Virus record (IMG/VR): IMGVR_UViG_2974666281_000001
Location: 64,001-128,000 of that record
Reading direction: 5' to 3' (one strand)
DNA: 64,000 nucleotides
Source of the DNA: a virus
Lineage: Duplodnaviria > Caudoviricetes
Below the pieces are notes generated by a model that was not told the origin of the DNA, did not search any database, and saw only the letters and a list, made by a program, of their open reading frames with translations. The position numbers and the translations under genes are program-made. The first letter of the stretch is position 1. Every line of letters begins with the position of its first letter. Shown one piece after another: positions 1 through 7,118 of the stretch.

Positions 1-128
1 TTAGCTACTGACAGAGAAGGGTTTTTGGTCAAAAGATGACCGATTCCGATAGTCCAATAACCTTCGGTATCTTTATAAATTTTAGAATCGTATCCTTCGT
101 CGATACGAAGCATTCCAAATATATCCAT
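1..128 (-). CDS. e: Endolysin / T4-type lysozyme (5' part only, truncated by window edge)
   Basis: Hand translation from ATG at 128 gives [42 protein letters not shown], matching the T4 lysozyme N-terminus with catalytic E11/D20/T26. Confidence 0.97.
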   Translation of the reverse strand, partial: MDIFGMLRIDEGYDSKIYKDTEGYWTIGIGHLLTKNPSLSVA

Positions 129-132
129 AGAA

Positions 133-165
133 ACTCCTATACGTTAATATAGGAGTATTTATTAT
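133..165 (-). promoter_or_regulatory. Late promoter (AATAAATA) plus SD-sequestering hairpin of gene e
   Basis: ACTCCTATA (133-141) / TATAGGAGT (148-156) inverted repeat covers the GGAG SD; AATAAATA lies just upstream on the minus strand; same architecture as T4 e. Confidence 0.85.
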
Positions 166-635
166 TCGGGATATACCATAACAGAAGGCTTGCGAGTCAC
201 TTTTTGTATTACACTGAACAAAGATGGACCCATTACGTATACCCATTGTGTTTGTTTGATTAAAGCAAATGCATCAATCTCAGGGAAACTAGTTCCGTCT
301 TCGTCAGTATGGTATGCAGTACAAACGCAATCCTTGAACTGCTCGTGGCGCACTGGGAACGGATAATAGAACAGATGTATGTCTTTGTTGCTAGAGTAGT
401 CGTGTCTTCCTAGGTCTACCAGGGACGCAGGATTATAATCGGTGAAACCTGTTTCTTCAGTACATTCACGGACAGCAGCTTGAAGAGGGGTTTCGCCTTC
501 TTCTATATGGCCTTTAGGAATGTCCCAACGATAAGGGAAGCCTGGTTTTCCTGAACCTGTTACACGTCCCATAAATAGTTCTTGGTCTTCAGTGAAGAAC
601 AGAATACCTGCACTTAGTTCTTTTGTCTTACTCAT
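162..635 (-). CDS. nudE: Nudix hydrolase
   Basis: Nudix box PKGHIEEGETPLQAAVRECTEETG; start MSKTKELSAG at 635; T4 e.1 position. Confidence 0.92.
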   Translation of the reverse strand: MSKTKELSAGILFFTEDQELFMGRVTGSGKPGFPYRWDIPKGHIEEGETPLQAAVRECTEETGFTDYNPASLVDLGRHDYSSNKDIHLFYYPFPVRHEQFKDCVCTAYHTDEDGTSFPEIDAFALIKQTQWVYVMGPSLFSVIQKVTRKPSVMVYPE

Positions 636-864
636 CTCTAGATTCCCAAGACTCTGAATGAAGGTCTTCCATGATATCATCAATTTGAGATTCACGATCT
701 TCTTCTGCATTAGCAGAACCTTCAACTTTCCAATCACAGATAGGACCGTTGTACATCACGGTATCAACAATATCTTTACGCACTTCTTCTAAAGACCAAG
801 AATCTTCAAAGCACATCAGATAACTATCAGAGTTTTCCATTTTAACATGAACTGCTACAGCCAT
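628..864 (-). CDS. Hypothetical acidic protein
   Basis: 78-aa ORF with GAGG SD, tightly packed in operon. Confidence 0.75.
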   Translation of the reverse strand: MAVAVHVKMENSDSYLMCFEDSWSLEEVRKDIVDTVMYNGPICDWKVEGSANAEEDRESQIDDIMEDLHSESWESRDE

Positions 865-874
865 TTATTACCTC

Positions 875-1204
875 TTACGAGCGAATACCTCGAATAAAAT
901 CTAGAGCTTCATCTTTTTTAGAGATGACTTTTTCCTTTACTGGTTCTTTATCAAACGTTCCACGTTGATACTGGCTAACAAACATAAGCCATCTTGATAT
1001 AATAAACACTGGGCTTGTTATTGCGGCAGAGATAGCTAAGAACATCAGAGCTCCGCCATAAATTGGACTAAAGAAGAACAAAGTGAAATAAGTGCCAAAT
1101 CCTAAAATTGCTGAGCTCGCTGCAATAACACCGATCAGCAAGAAAATCCAGCCTTCTTCATTGTAAGAAGACTTCTTATACCCACGGTAAATAGTCTTAA
1201 TCAT
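875..1204 (-). CDS. Membrane protein, T4 e.2/e.3/e.4-like family (2 TM)
   Basis: Two hydrophobic segments; C-terminal DFIRGIR motif shared with neighbours. Confidence 0.75.
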   Translation of the reverse strand: MIKTIYRGYKKSSYNEEGWIFLLIGVIAASSAILGFGTYFTLFFFSPIYGGALMFLAISAAITSPVFIISRWLMFVSQYQRGTFDKEPVKEKVISKKDEALDFIRGIRS

Positions 1205-1740
1205 TTTCTACATCCTTTAATGAAGTCTGAGATGCTTTTCTGATGTTGATATTTCTTTTCTTTATGCTTCACAAAAGGAGCTTTGACGGCGTACCAAAGA
1301 CAGCCATCCAACCAAGTCGTAAAAATAGAAGCTATCAGACAAGTAAAGTTAATTAAAAGACCACCAAAAATAACTTCAAAAAGATTGCCTTTATCAGAAG
1401 CCAAATACAACCAATAGTTAGCTTGGAAAACCATACCTAAAGTGATAAAACCTACTACTCTATCAATTTTATTTTCTTTAGGCTTTTCAGTTCTTGGCTG
1501 ATAGCCGTTCACAATATAACCCATAGTATTTTCCTCATAAATGAACCCGTGTTCTTCAGCCAATTCCATTTCAGCCTGTTTTCTGCGAAGTTTAGCTTCT
1601 ATTTCAGCTTCAGTCGCAGAACGAACACTAACAAAGCCATATTTTTCTTCGAAGTGTCGAGTTTTTTCACAGCTTGTACAATCACAGTCGTCACTATAAC
1701 CAGGGCGACTTGGGTAGATGTCATGATACTGGACAACCAT
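1201..1740 (-). CDS. Membrane protein, e.2/e.3-like, with N-terminal CxCxxC extension; internal start likely at 1524
   Basis: Two TM segments; C-terminal DFIKGCRK; internal SD GAGGAAAATACT-ATG at 1524. Confidence 0.7.
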   Translation of the reverse strand: MVVQYHDIYPSRPGYSDDCDCTSCEKTRHFEEKYGFVSVRSATEAEIEAKLRRKQAEMELAEEHGFIYEENTMGYIVNGYQPRTEKPKENKIDRVVGFITLGMVFQANYWLYLASDKGNLFEVIFGGLLINFTCLIASIFTTWLDGCLWYAVKAPFVKHKEKKYQHQKSISDFIKGCRK

Positions 1741-2672
1741 TATTCACCTCGTACAAAAGGCTTAACTAGGTGTTGGTTCTTTTTAAAGCGGTTAATATAA
1801 TCGTTTACGCCAAGCTTTTTATACATCGCTACAACGGTGTGATAGTTTTCCCAGGCATATTCACGGAACCAACCTGAAGTGATTGATGTACACACTTTTT
1901 CAAGTGCAATCATGAAACTATGTTCGGAAGAAACGTTTTTAAAGTCGTTAGGAATCTGAGAACGTTCCAGAGCAAGTACACATGTTTCTTCGTATACACC
2001 AGCGAGCTTAATTTCTTCAGGTAAAGCAAAGAACTTCTCTTTAGAAGTCATTACTTGGCTACCGTCTTTCATGTAGAAAGTATAAGCAGGGCGACCAGTC
2101 AGAGCTACAGCTTCATGAATAGTATCATGGTCATATGTATAGATGTCGTCTTTAAAGAACTTGTCTTTAGACGTATCTAACACAGGATGAGAATAGCTCA
2201 ATGTCTCTTTTTCGCGTTGTTTCATAATCAACTCAAGACGTGAGTCCAGAGTTGCGCCCTTGTTGCGCAGGAAGCGGATGTGTTGCATTGTTTTACGGAA
2301 GAATAGATTATTCTTCTTGAAACGATGTGACATCTTAATCGCCAGACAGATGGCAGGTGAAGCCCAATAGAACCCGGTAAGATTGTCTTTCTTCAAAGAG
2401 TACTCAGCATAATTCAAAAGCATTGCATTCGAATTAGTATTATATCCTTCAGGCACAAGGTATGCTTCAAAATAAGTCTCGCGACCATTATGCATACATT
2501 TGAAAGCACTCACATCAGGAGTTTTGACTTCAACTTCTAAGCCACCCATACGGGACTTGAACTCATCCCAAGAACATTCATCAGCAATGAAGTCCCAGTC
2601 CGAATTTTTAATGTCACGTGATTCGATTAACCCAGCATTGTGGAGGGCTCGTGAACCAATAACTAACATCAT
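1740..2672 (-). CDS. Putative Pol-beta-superfamily nucleotidyltransferase with C-terminal HDxxH-containing helical domain
   Basis: N-terminal VIGSRAL...SDWDFI (hGS...DxD); YDHDTIHE motif; own early promoter and GAGG SD. Confidence 0.6.
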   Translation of the reverse strand: MMLVIGSRALHNAGLIESRDIKNSDWDFIADECSWDEFKSRMGGLEVEVKTPDVSAFKCMHNGRETYFEAYLVPEGYNTNSNAMLLNYAEYSLKKDNLTGFYWASPAICLAIKMSHRFKKNNLFFRKTMQHIRFLRNKGATLDSRLELIMKQREKETLSYSHPVLDTSKDKFFKDDIYTYDHDTIHEAVALTGRPAYTFYMKDGSQVMTSKEKFFALPEEIKLAGVYEETCVLALERSQIPNDFKNVSSEHSFMIALEKVCTSITSGWFREYAWENYHTVVAMYKKLGVNDYINRFKKNQHLVKPFVRGE

Positions 2673-2699
2673 AATATTTTCCTCATTAGGTTATCCCAT

Positions 2700-2738
2700 T
2701 AGGGTCACTATAACATGACCCTAGGTAGTTGTAAACAC
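2700..2738 (-). promoter_or_regulatory. Early promoter with stem-loop around -10
   Basis: Minus strand GTGTTTACA...TGTTATAGT; TAGGGTCA/TGACCCTA inverted repeat. Confidence 0.8.
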
Positions 2739-2963
2739 TTAGCAGGAAGATGGTTGCCAAATACTTCCATCGGCTTCTACATTGAATTCACGCCCAGCTT
2801 CTTCGCCGTAGCAAGAACTGTTCAGCCAGTCATCGAAACGCATAGAGCCGTCTGACGTATCGAATTCAAAACCAAAATTATCTTCAGAAGCCAGCTTACT
2901 TACTTTGTTGAACAGAAGAGCGAGTTCTTTAGCAGCCTGTTCTAGTTCGTTATGTTGAGACAT
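2739..2963 (-). CDS. Small acidic protein with internal WLNSSC and C-terminal WQPSSC
   Basis: 74 aa from ATG 2963 (SD GAAGGA). Confidence 0.75.
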   Translation of the reverse strand: MSQHNELEQAAKELALLFNKVSKLASEDNFGFEFDTSDGSMRFDDWLNSSCYGEEAGREFNVEADGSIWQPSSC

Positions 2964-3004
2964 TGTATTTCCTTCAGTTACAGTGTTGTTATGTGGGTAA
3001 GCCA

Positions 3005-3298
3005 TTAGCAAGTTTCGCTTGAAGAGACCCAATGGCCACTCAGTGATTTGCCTTCTTCGTCAAATCCATCATTGTAGCTGTAAATGTAGCTAAGCTCATT
3101 TTTTGGAGTACCTTTAGGGTTATATGTACGACCACTACCATAATCGCCCACGCTGAATTCTACACCAAATGCATCAGCAATACTAGTTGCTTCAACATCA
3201 ATAAGACGTTCACCTTCAGAAATCAGAGCTTGAATTGCAGCCGAAGCTTCTTTAGCATTAGTAATTTTGGTATTAGTTACTGGATTTACAAGTTTCAT
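3005..3298 (-). CDS. Small acidic protein ending WVSSSETC
   Basis: 97-aa ORF, coupled to upstream gene by TAATG overlap at 3298. Confidence 0.8.
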   Translation of the reverse strand: MKLVNPVTNTKITNAKEASAAIQALISEGERLIDVEATSIADAFGVEFSVGDYGSGRTYNPKGTPKNELSYIYSYNDGFDEEGKSLSGHWVSSSETC

Positions 3299-3672
3299 TA
3301 TCTACACTCTTTAATAAAATATTCAATTTCAAGACGAGTCTTTTTATTGATTTCGGCTTGTTCGTTGTCTTTTATAGCCTGACGTTTGGCTTTGTTTCTT
3401 CTTCGTGCTGGCATGAAATATACCAATCCAACTAAATGAGGACCAATATAAGTCAAAAGCATGCCTGCAGGCATAGCGCCAAAAACAATAGGAAGAACAG
3501 TTTTATCAGATAGTTGACCACCAAAAAACATAACATCTATAATGACCATGATGAGCGCAAAGCTCATCATCAAACCTAATCCAATCATCATAGAAAGAAT
3601 AAATTTTAAACCACCATCTTGTTCTGTGTTGAATTTAGTTTTCTCAAAGTCCCAAGAGCGATATCTAGCCAT
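3298..3672 (-). CDS. Membrane protein, e.2/e.4-like (2 TM)
   Basis: Two hydrophobic segments; basic cytoplasmic tail ending YFIKECR. Confidence 0.75.
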   Translation of the reverse strand: MARYRSWDFEKTKFNTEQDGGLKFILSMMIGLGLMMSFALIMVIIDVMFFGGQLSDKTVLPIVFGAMPAGMLLTYIGPHLVGLVYFMPARRRNKAKRQAIKDNEQAEINKKTRLEIEYFIKECR

Positions 3673-4486
3673 TGTTCACCTCGGTATGCTTAGTACGACA
3701 CATTTTAACAAACTCGTCGATAGCAAGAATGTTTACACCTTTGTCATGGTCACGAAAACTTTTCATTTTAGCACTTAAGTCGTCTATAAACCATACACGG
3801 TTTTTATCGCTGTAACTTCCACGGGCTGATTCGAAATCAAAGATGTTTACGCACATCGCAAAACGGAAAACTTTGTTGTCCATGCGGGCTTCAAACCATG
3901 CACCATACAGAGATTCAGAACTAAAGCTAGAAGCATCTTCTTTGATGAAATCTCTTGATGAATCGTTATATGCCATCAAAGAGTAATTATACGCTCTAAG
4001 ACCAAGGAATCGAATTCCTTCGGACATACTTGAAATTTCTTTAATAACCTTATAAAAAGTTTTAGTATTTTTTACAAATACAGGTGCAGGTATTTTATTT
4101 TCTTTTGCCCAAGGATGCATACGAACTTTATCTACACTCTGACTAGACAAATGTCCAGAAATATAATCTAAAAATGAATCAGGAGCACCGCATTCAATTA
4201 ACTGCTGCAACTGAAGAGTTTGTCCTGAACTCATGCGAGATGGAATCTTAAATTTATCCGTGCCAGACTCATCGTTCCAAACACCATCACCTTCATAAAA
4301 CATATTATCTCTCTCACTCAAAGGTAATTGATTTAATGTAACAAGTGCTTTCACTACTTCAGGACTTAAGGTGTCCAACTGTTGTTTATCATTCAACATG
4401 CTATCAATAAACCCAACACTTAACATATGGTCTTGGCTTATCTTGTTTGTGAAAAACACACAGTAATTTTTAGTGAAAATATTCAT
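3665..4486 (-). CDS. Conserved hypothetical protein, T4 e.5-like
   Basis: SPE...RMSSGQTLQLQQLIECG resembles recalled T4 e.5; synteny next to e.6. Confidence 0.55.
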   Translation of the reverse strand: MNIFTKNYCVFFTNKISQDHMLSVGFIDSMLNDKQQLDTLSPEVVKALVTLNQLPLSERDNMFYEGDGVWNDESGTDKFKIPSRMSSGQTLQLQQLIECGAPDSFLDYISGHLSSQSVDKVRMHPWAKENKIPAPVFVKNTKTFYKVIKEISSMSEGIRFLGLRAYNYSLMAYNDSSRDFIKEDASSFSSESLYGAWFEARMDNKVFRFAMCVNIFDFESARGSYSDKNRVWFIDDLSAKMKSFRDHDKGVNILAIDEFVKMCRTKHTEVNNG

Positions 4487-4499
4487 TACGTCTCCAAGT

Positions 4500-4520
4500 A
4501 AGAGGGCCGAAGCCCTCTTT
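4500..4520 (-). terminator. UUCG hairpin / probable terminator
   Basis: AAGAGGGC-TTCG-GCCCTCTT on the minus strand. Confidence 0.65.
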
Positions 4521-4523
4521 ATA

Positions 4524-5129
4524 TTATGCTTTCAGAGATTCGATGTACTCTGCAACATCAGCACTAGTGGTTTCTACACCAGTCGCATTGCTACCATTGA
4601 AGGTATCGATACGAGAGATAATGGTATCAACATCAACTTTAGCCAGTTCAGCGGTTTCTACGATATCTTCAGCAGTAGACAGACCCATAGAGTTAGCTGC
4701 ATTACTTTCACGGATGAACTCAAGCTTAACAGCCAGGTCAGCGCGCTGGTCATCAAGAGCCACTACAGTACGTTCGATTTCTTCCTGCATTGCTACAAGT
4801 TCAGTAGCTTTAACACGAAGAGCACCAGCAGTACGACGATACAGAAGACCCAGTTTAGCATGAGTAGTAACATCAGTAGAAGGTGAAGTAGTCAGAATAT
4901 GACGAATTTCACGTTCTTTAGTCGCTGCGTTCTGGTCTTTTTCTTCAGCCAGTTTGTTCAGACGAATAATTTCCTTCTTAGAAGTTACATGGCGCTTACG
5001 CAGCTGATCGATTTTATCGATGATACGGTTTGCAGCCACAGTGTACTGGTCTTCGATAGAAGTGTTGTGAGAGATGAAAGTACCCAGTTTAGCACGGATG
5101 AACTCAACAATTTTTTTCAGAATAGACAT
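4524..5129 (-). CDS. e.6: T4 e.6 homolog, PspA/IM30-like coiled-coil protein
   Basis: LKKIVEFIR..KLG, HAKLGLLYRRTA and GVETTSADV closely match T4 e.6. Confidence 0.85.
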   Translation of the reverse strand: MSILKKIVEFIRAKLGTFISHNTSIEDQYTVAANRIIDKIDQLRKRHVTSKKEIIRLNKLAEEKDQNAATKEREIRHILTTSPSTDVTTHAKLGLLYRRTAGALRVKATELVAMQEEIERTVVALDDQRADLAVKLEFIRESNAANSMGLSTAEDIVETAELAKVDVDTIISRIDTFNGSNATGVETTSADVAEYIESLKA

Positions 5130-5174
5130 GATATTTCCTTTTATGTGATTAGGGTTTTAATATAACTCCGTTTC

Positions 5175-5215
5175 GATGGAAGCATCATAACACGTTGCTT
5201 CCATCTTGTAAACAC
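5175..5215 (-). promoter_or_regulatory. Early promoter with stem-loop around -10
   Basis: GTGTTTACA...TGTTATGAT; GATGGAAGCA/TGCTTCCATC 10-bp inverted repeat. Confidence 0.8.
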
Positions 5216-5216
5216 T

Positions 5217-5612
5217 TTACTTATTTTTAACTCGGCAGATTCGACGAGCCTCATCTTCTGCTAGATTAATGATAGAACTCATTACCGGTACTTTTTGATA
5301 AAGAGATTCAACCCTAAGAACTACGAATTTCGTTTCACCATCATCATGCCAACCCCATGAAGTGTGACCATGAGAACCTTTAATGACGGCAGACACTTCC
5401 ACAGATCGGTTGTTTTCAGAAAGTTTAGTTTCGACAACCCAATCAGCCTGATCGATTGCTTCTTGTCTACGTCTAGCATCTGCGGCTGAGAGAGCAGCCC
5501 AATCGGTTTCATCAAATGCACCATGGAATGCTTTAATTACTTCGTCTGCTGCGCGTTTTTGCTCTTCAGTAAGTTTAGGACCAGTATATGGTTCAAGTTC
5601 AATTTTTTTCAT
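5217..5612 (-). CDS. Hypothetical early protein
   Basis: 131-aa ORF with GAGGAG SD and its own early promoter. Confidence 0.8.
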   Translation of the reverse strand: MKKIELEPYTGPKLTEEQKRAADEVIKAFHGAFDETDWAALSAADARRRQEAIDQADWVVETKLSENNRSVEVSAVIKGSHGHTSWGWHDDGETKFVVLRVESLYQKVPVMSSIINLAEDEARRICRVKNK

Positions 5613-5635
5613 AACGTTCTCCTCAGTAAGTGTAG

Positions 5636-5670
5636 GAACATACTATCATGTCTTTTCGACTGTGTAAACC
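5636..5670 (-). promoter_or_regulatory. Early promoter
   Basis: GGTTTACA...TGATAGTAT on the minus strand. Confidence 0.7.
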
Positions 5671-5675
5671 CCCGA

Positions 5676-5696
5676 AAGGGGACCTAAGTCCCCTCT
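5676..5696 (-). terminator. Intrinsic terminator-like hairpin
   Basis: AGGGGAC-TTAG-GTCCCCT-TT after the 5698 ORF. Confidence 0.6.
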
Positions 5697-5697
5697 T

Positions 5698-6303
5698 TTA
5701 TTTACGTGATTTTTCGTAACGAGCAGCGTCAGCAGCCAGAGTACCAGCGTTGCGAAGCTTATTGCTGATTTCTTTATGCAGAGGCTGAGTATAACGCAAA
5801 CTTTCAATTGTTAGATACAGATTGTAAAGGTCTGGAGTTTCAAGGTTGTTCATGTGTTGATTATTACGCAGCTTAGCATATTCACGAACCAGAACGTTAG
5901 TTTCACTTTCAATCTCATTAATCAGTGAAGATAACTGCTTATACTTTTTAACTAATGAAGAAGTATCAAAGTTAAACTTAGGTCCTGCAACTGGTTTAGG
6001 AGCTGGCTTCGATGGGGCAGCCTTCGGAGCTACAACTGCTTTAGCAACAGGAGCAGACTTAGGTGCTGGAGTCGCTTTTGGAGCAGATTTAGCAGTACCA
6101 CCACCAGCTATGATAGCTTTAAAAGCTTTAGATGCTTTATAATAGTCTTTTTGATTATCAGTACTAAACCCATACATGTCTTTCACTGCTTTAAAGAACT
6201 CAGTGGTGGTTTTAGTTCCTTTAATCGAATCATAAGCAGCTTGCCACTTGTCTTTAGTCATACGCTCAGTAGCTTCTGAGATGAATTCTTTGAATTTTAA
6301 CAT
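5698..6303 (-). CDS. Probable internal head protein (capsid-targeting sequence) with Pro/Ala/Lys linker
   Basis: N-terminus MLKFKEFISEA fits the T4 IP capsid-targeting pattern with a gp21 cleavage site; GATAAATA late-like promoter at about 6340-6347. Confidence 0.7.
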   Translation of the reverse strand: MLKFKEFISEATERMTKDKWQAAYDSIKGTKTTTEFFKAVKDMYGFSTDNQKDYYKASKAFKAIIAGGGTAKSAPKATPAPKSAPVAKAVVAPKAAPSKPAPKPVAGPKFNFDTSSLVKKYKQLSSLINEIESETNVLVREYAKLRNNQHMNNLETPDLYNLYLTIESLRYTQPLHKEISNKLRNAGTLAADAARYEKSRK

Positions 6304-6344
6304 TTTGGTTCCTTTAAATATGAATTAGGTTTATTTTTATATTT

Positions 6345-6492
6345 ATCATATTCGCCCAGTGCTCGCCGCTTGCTCAGATACCCTAAAGGGTCCTACCGAA
6401 GTAGAATCCTTTAAGATTTCGGCTCTGATGACGTAGTTACACCCAGAGGTCATTCGCCAGCCTTGCACCTTCATGTGTAATATCCGGTGCCA
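6345..6492 (-). ncRNA. Candidate structured ncRNA (two hairpins with complementary loops plus long UUCG hairpin)
   Basis: GC-rich non-coding 150 nt; stems GCACC/GGTGC, ATGAC/GTCAT and TTAAAGG..TTCTAC-TTCG-GTAGGA..CCTTTAG; loop TTACAC complementary to loop GTGTAA. Confidence 0.5.
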
Positions 6493-6496
6493 TTCT

Positions 6497-6859
6497 TTAT
6501 TCTTCGTACCATGGAGTTCTTAAGTGGTCGTCACTTTTTCGTGCTCGTATCCACCCATTGATGACTTCCTGAGCATGTTCGGAATTAATGATACGTTTAC
6601 ATTTATTAAGCATACTGCGTTTGTAGTACATTGAGTTCAACGGGATATCGTCAAGCAAATCTTTAAGCTCAAAGTACTCATCAGTTGTATTTACATCAGG
6701 ATGTCGTGATTTAATGAACTGCCAGTGACCGTAGTCATTTTTAGTCCAGATGAAATCACACATACGAGATAATTCGGAGACGTTCATAACATAGTTGTTT
6801 GCGTCAATATAGTAAGTGCGACCTAAAGTGCTAAAGTACATTAATTTTTGAGTGGCCAT
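6497..6859 (-). CDS. Hypothetical protein
   Basis: 120 aa from ATG 6859 (GAGGAAATTATA-ATG). Confidence 0.75.
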   Translation of the reverse strand: MATQKLMYFSTLGRTYYIDANNYVMNVSELSRMCDFIWTKNDYGHWQFIKSRHPDVNTTDEYFELKDLLDDIPLNSMYYKRSMLNKCKRIINSEHAQEVINGWIRARKSDDHLRTPWYEE

Positions 6860-6877
6860 TATAATTTCCTCAGAATT

Positions 6878-6943
6878 TGGCGAGGACCTTCTGCACCCCA
6901 CCACGCGTTGGAAGCCAAGGGGTGTTGTCAGCCAAGTACCTCA
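6878..6943 (-). ncRNA. Short CCA-terminated non-canonical RNA in tRNA array
   Basis: TGAGG...CCTCG-CCA acceptor-like stem and internal CACCCC/GGGGTG stem; no T-loop; same AAATT flank as true tRNAs. Confidence 0.45.
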
Positions 6944-6948
6944 TAATT

Positions 6949-7033
6949 TGGTGCACCGAGAGGGATTCGAACCCTCAATCCTTGCGGCGGGAGATTTTAA
7001 GTCTCCTGTGTATACCAGTTCCACCATCGATGC
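6949..7033 (-). tRNA. tRNA-Leu(TAA)
   Basis: Cloverleaf; GGAGA-CTTAAAA-TCTCC; long variable arm; encoded CCA. Confidence 0.96.
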
Positions 7034-7038
7034 AAATT

Positions 7039-7115
7039 TGGTCGAGACAGAAAGATTCGAACTTTCGACCGGTGGATTAGAAGTCCACTGCTCTATCCAA
7101 CTGAGCTATGCCTCG
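7039..7115 (-). tRNA. tRNA-Arg(TCT)
   Basis: GTGGA-CTTCTAA-TCCAC; T-loop TTCGAAT; CCA. Confidence 0.96.
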
Positions 7116-7118
7116 AAA

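Noticed and set aside
6425-6431. CTGATGA hammerhead-like core on the + strand
   Set aside because: No stem II followed by GAAA and no matching stems I and III; the UUCG loop and G-U pairs favour the minus strand
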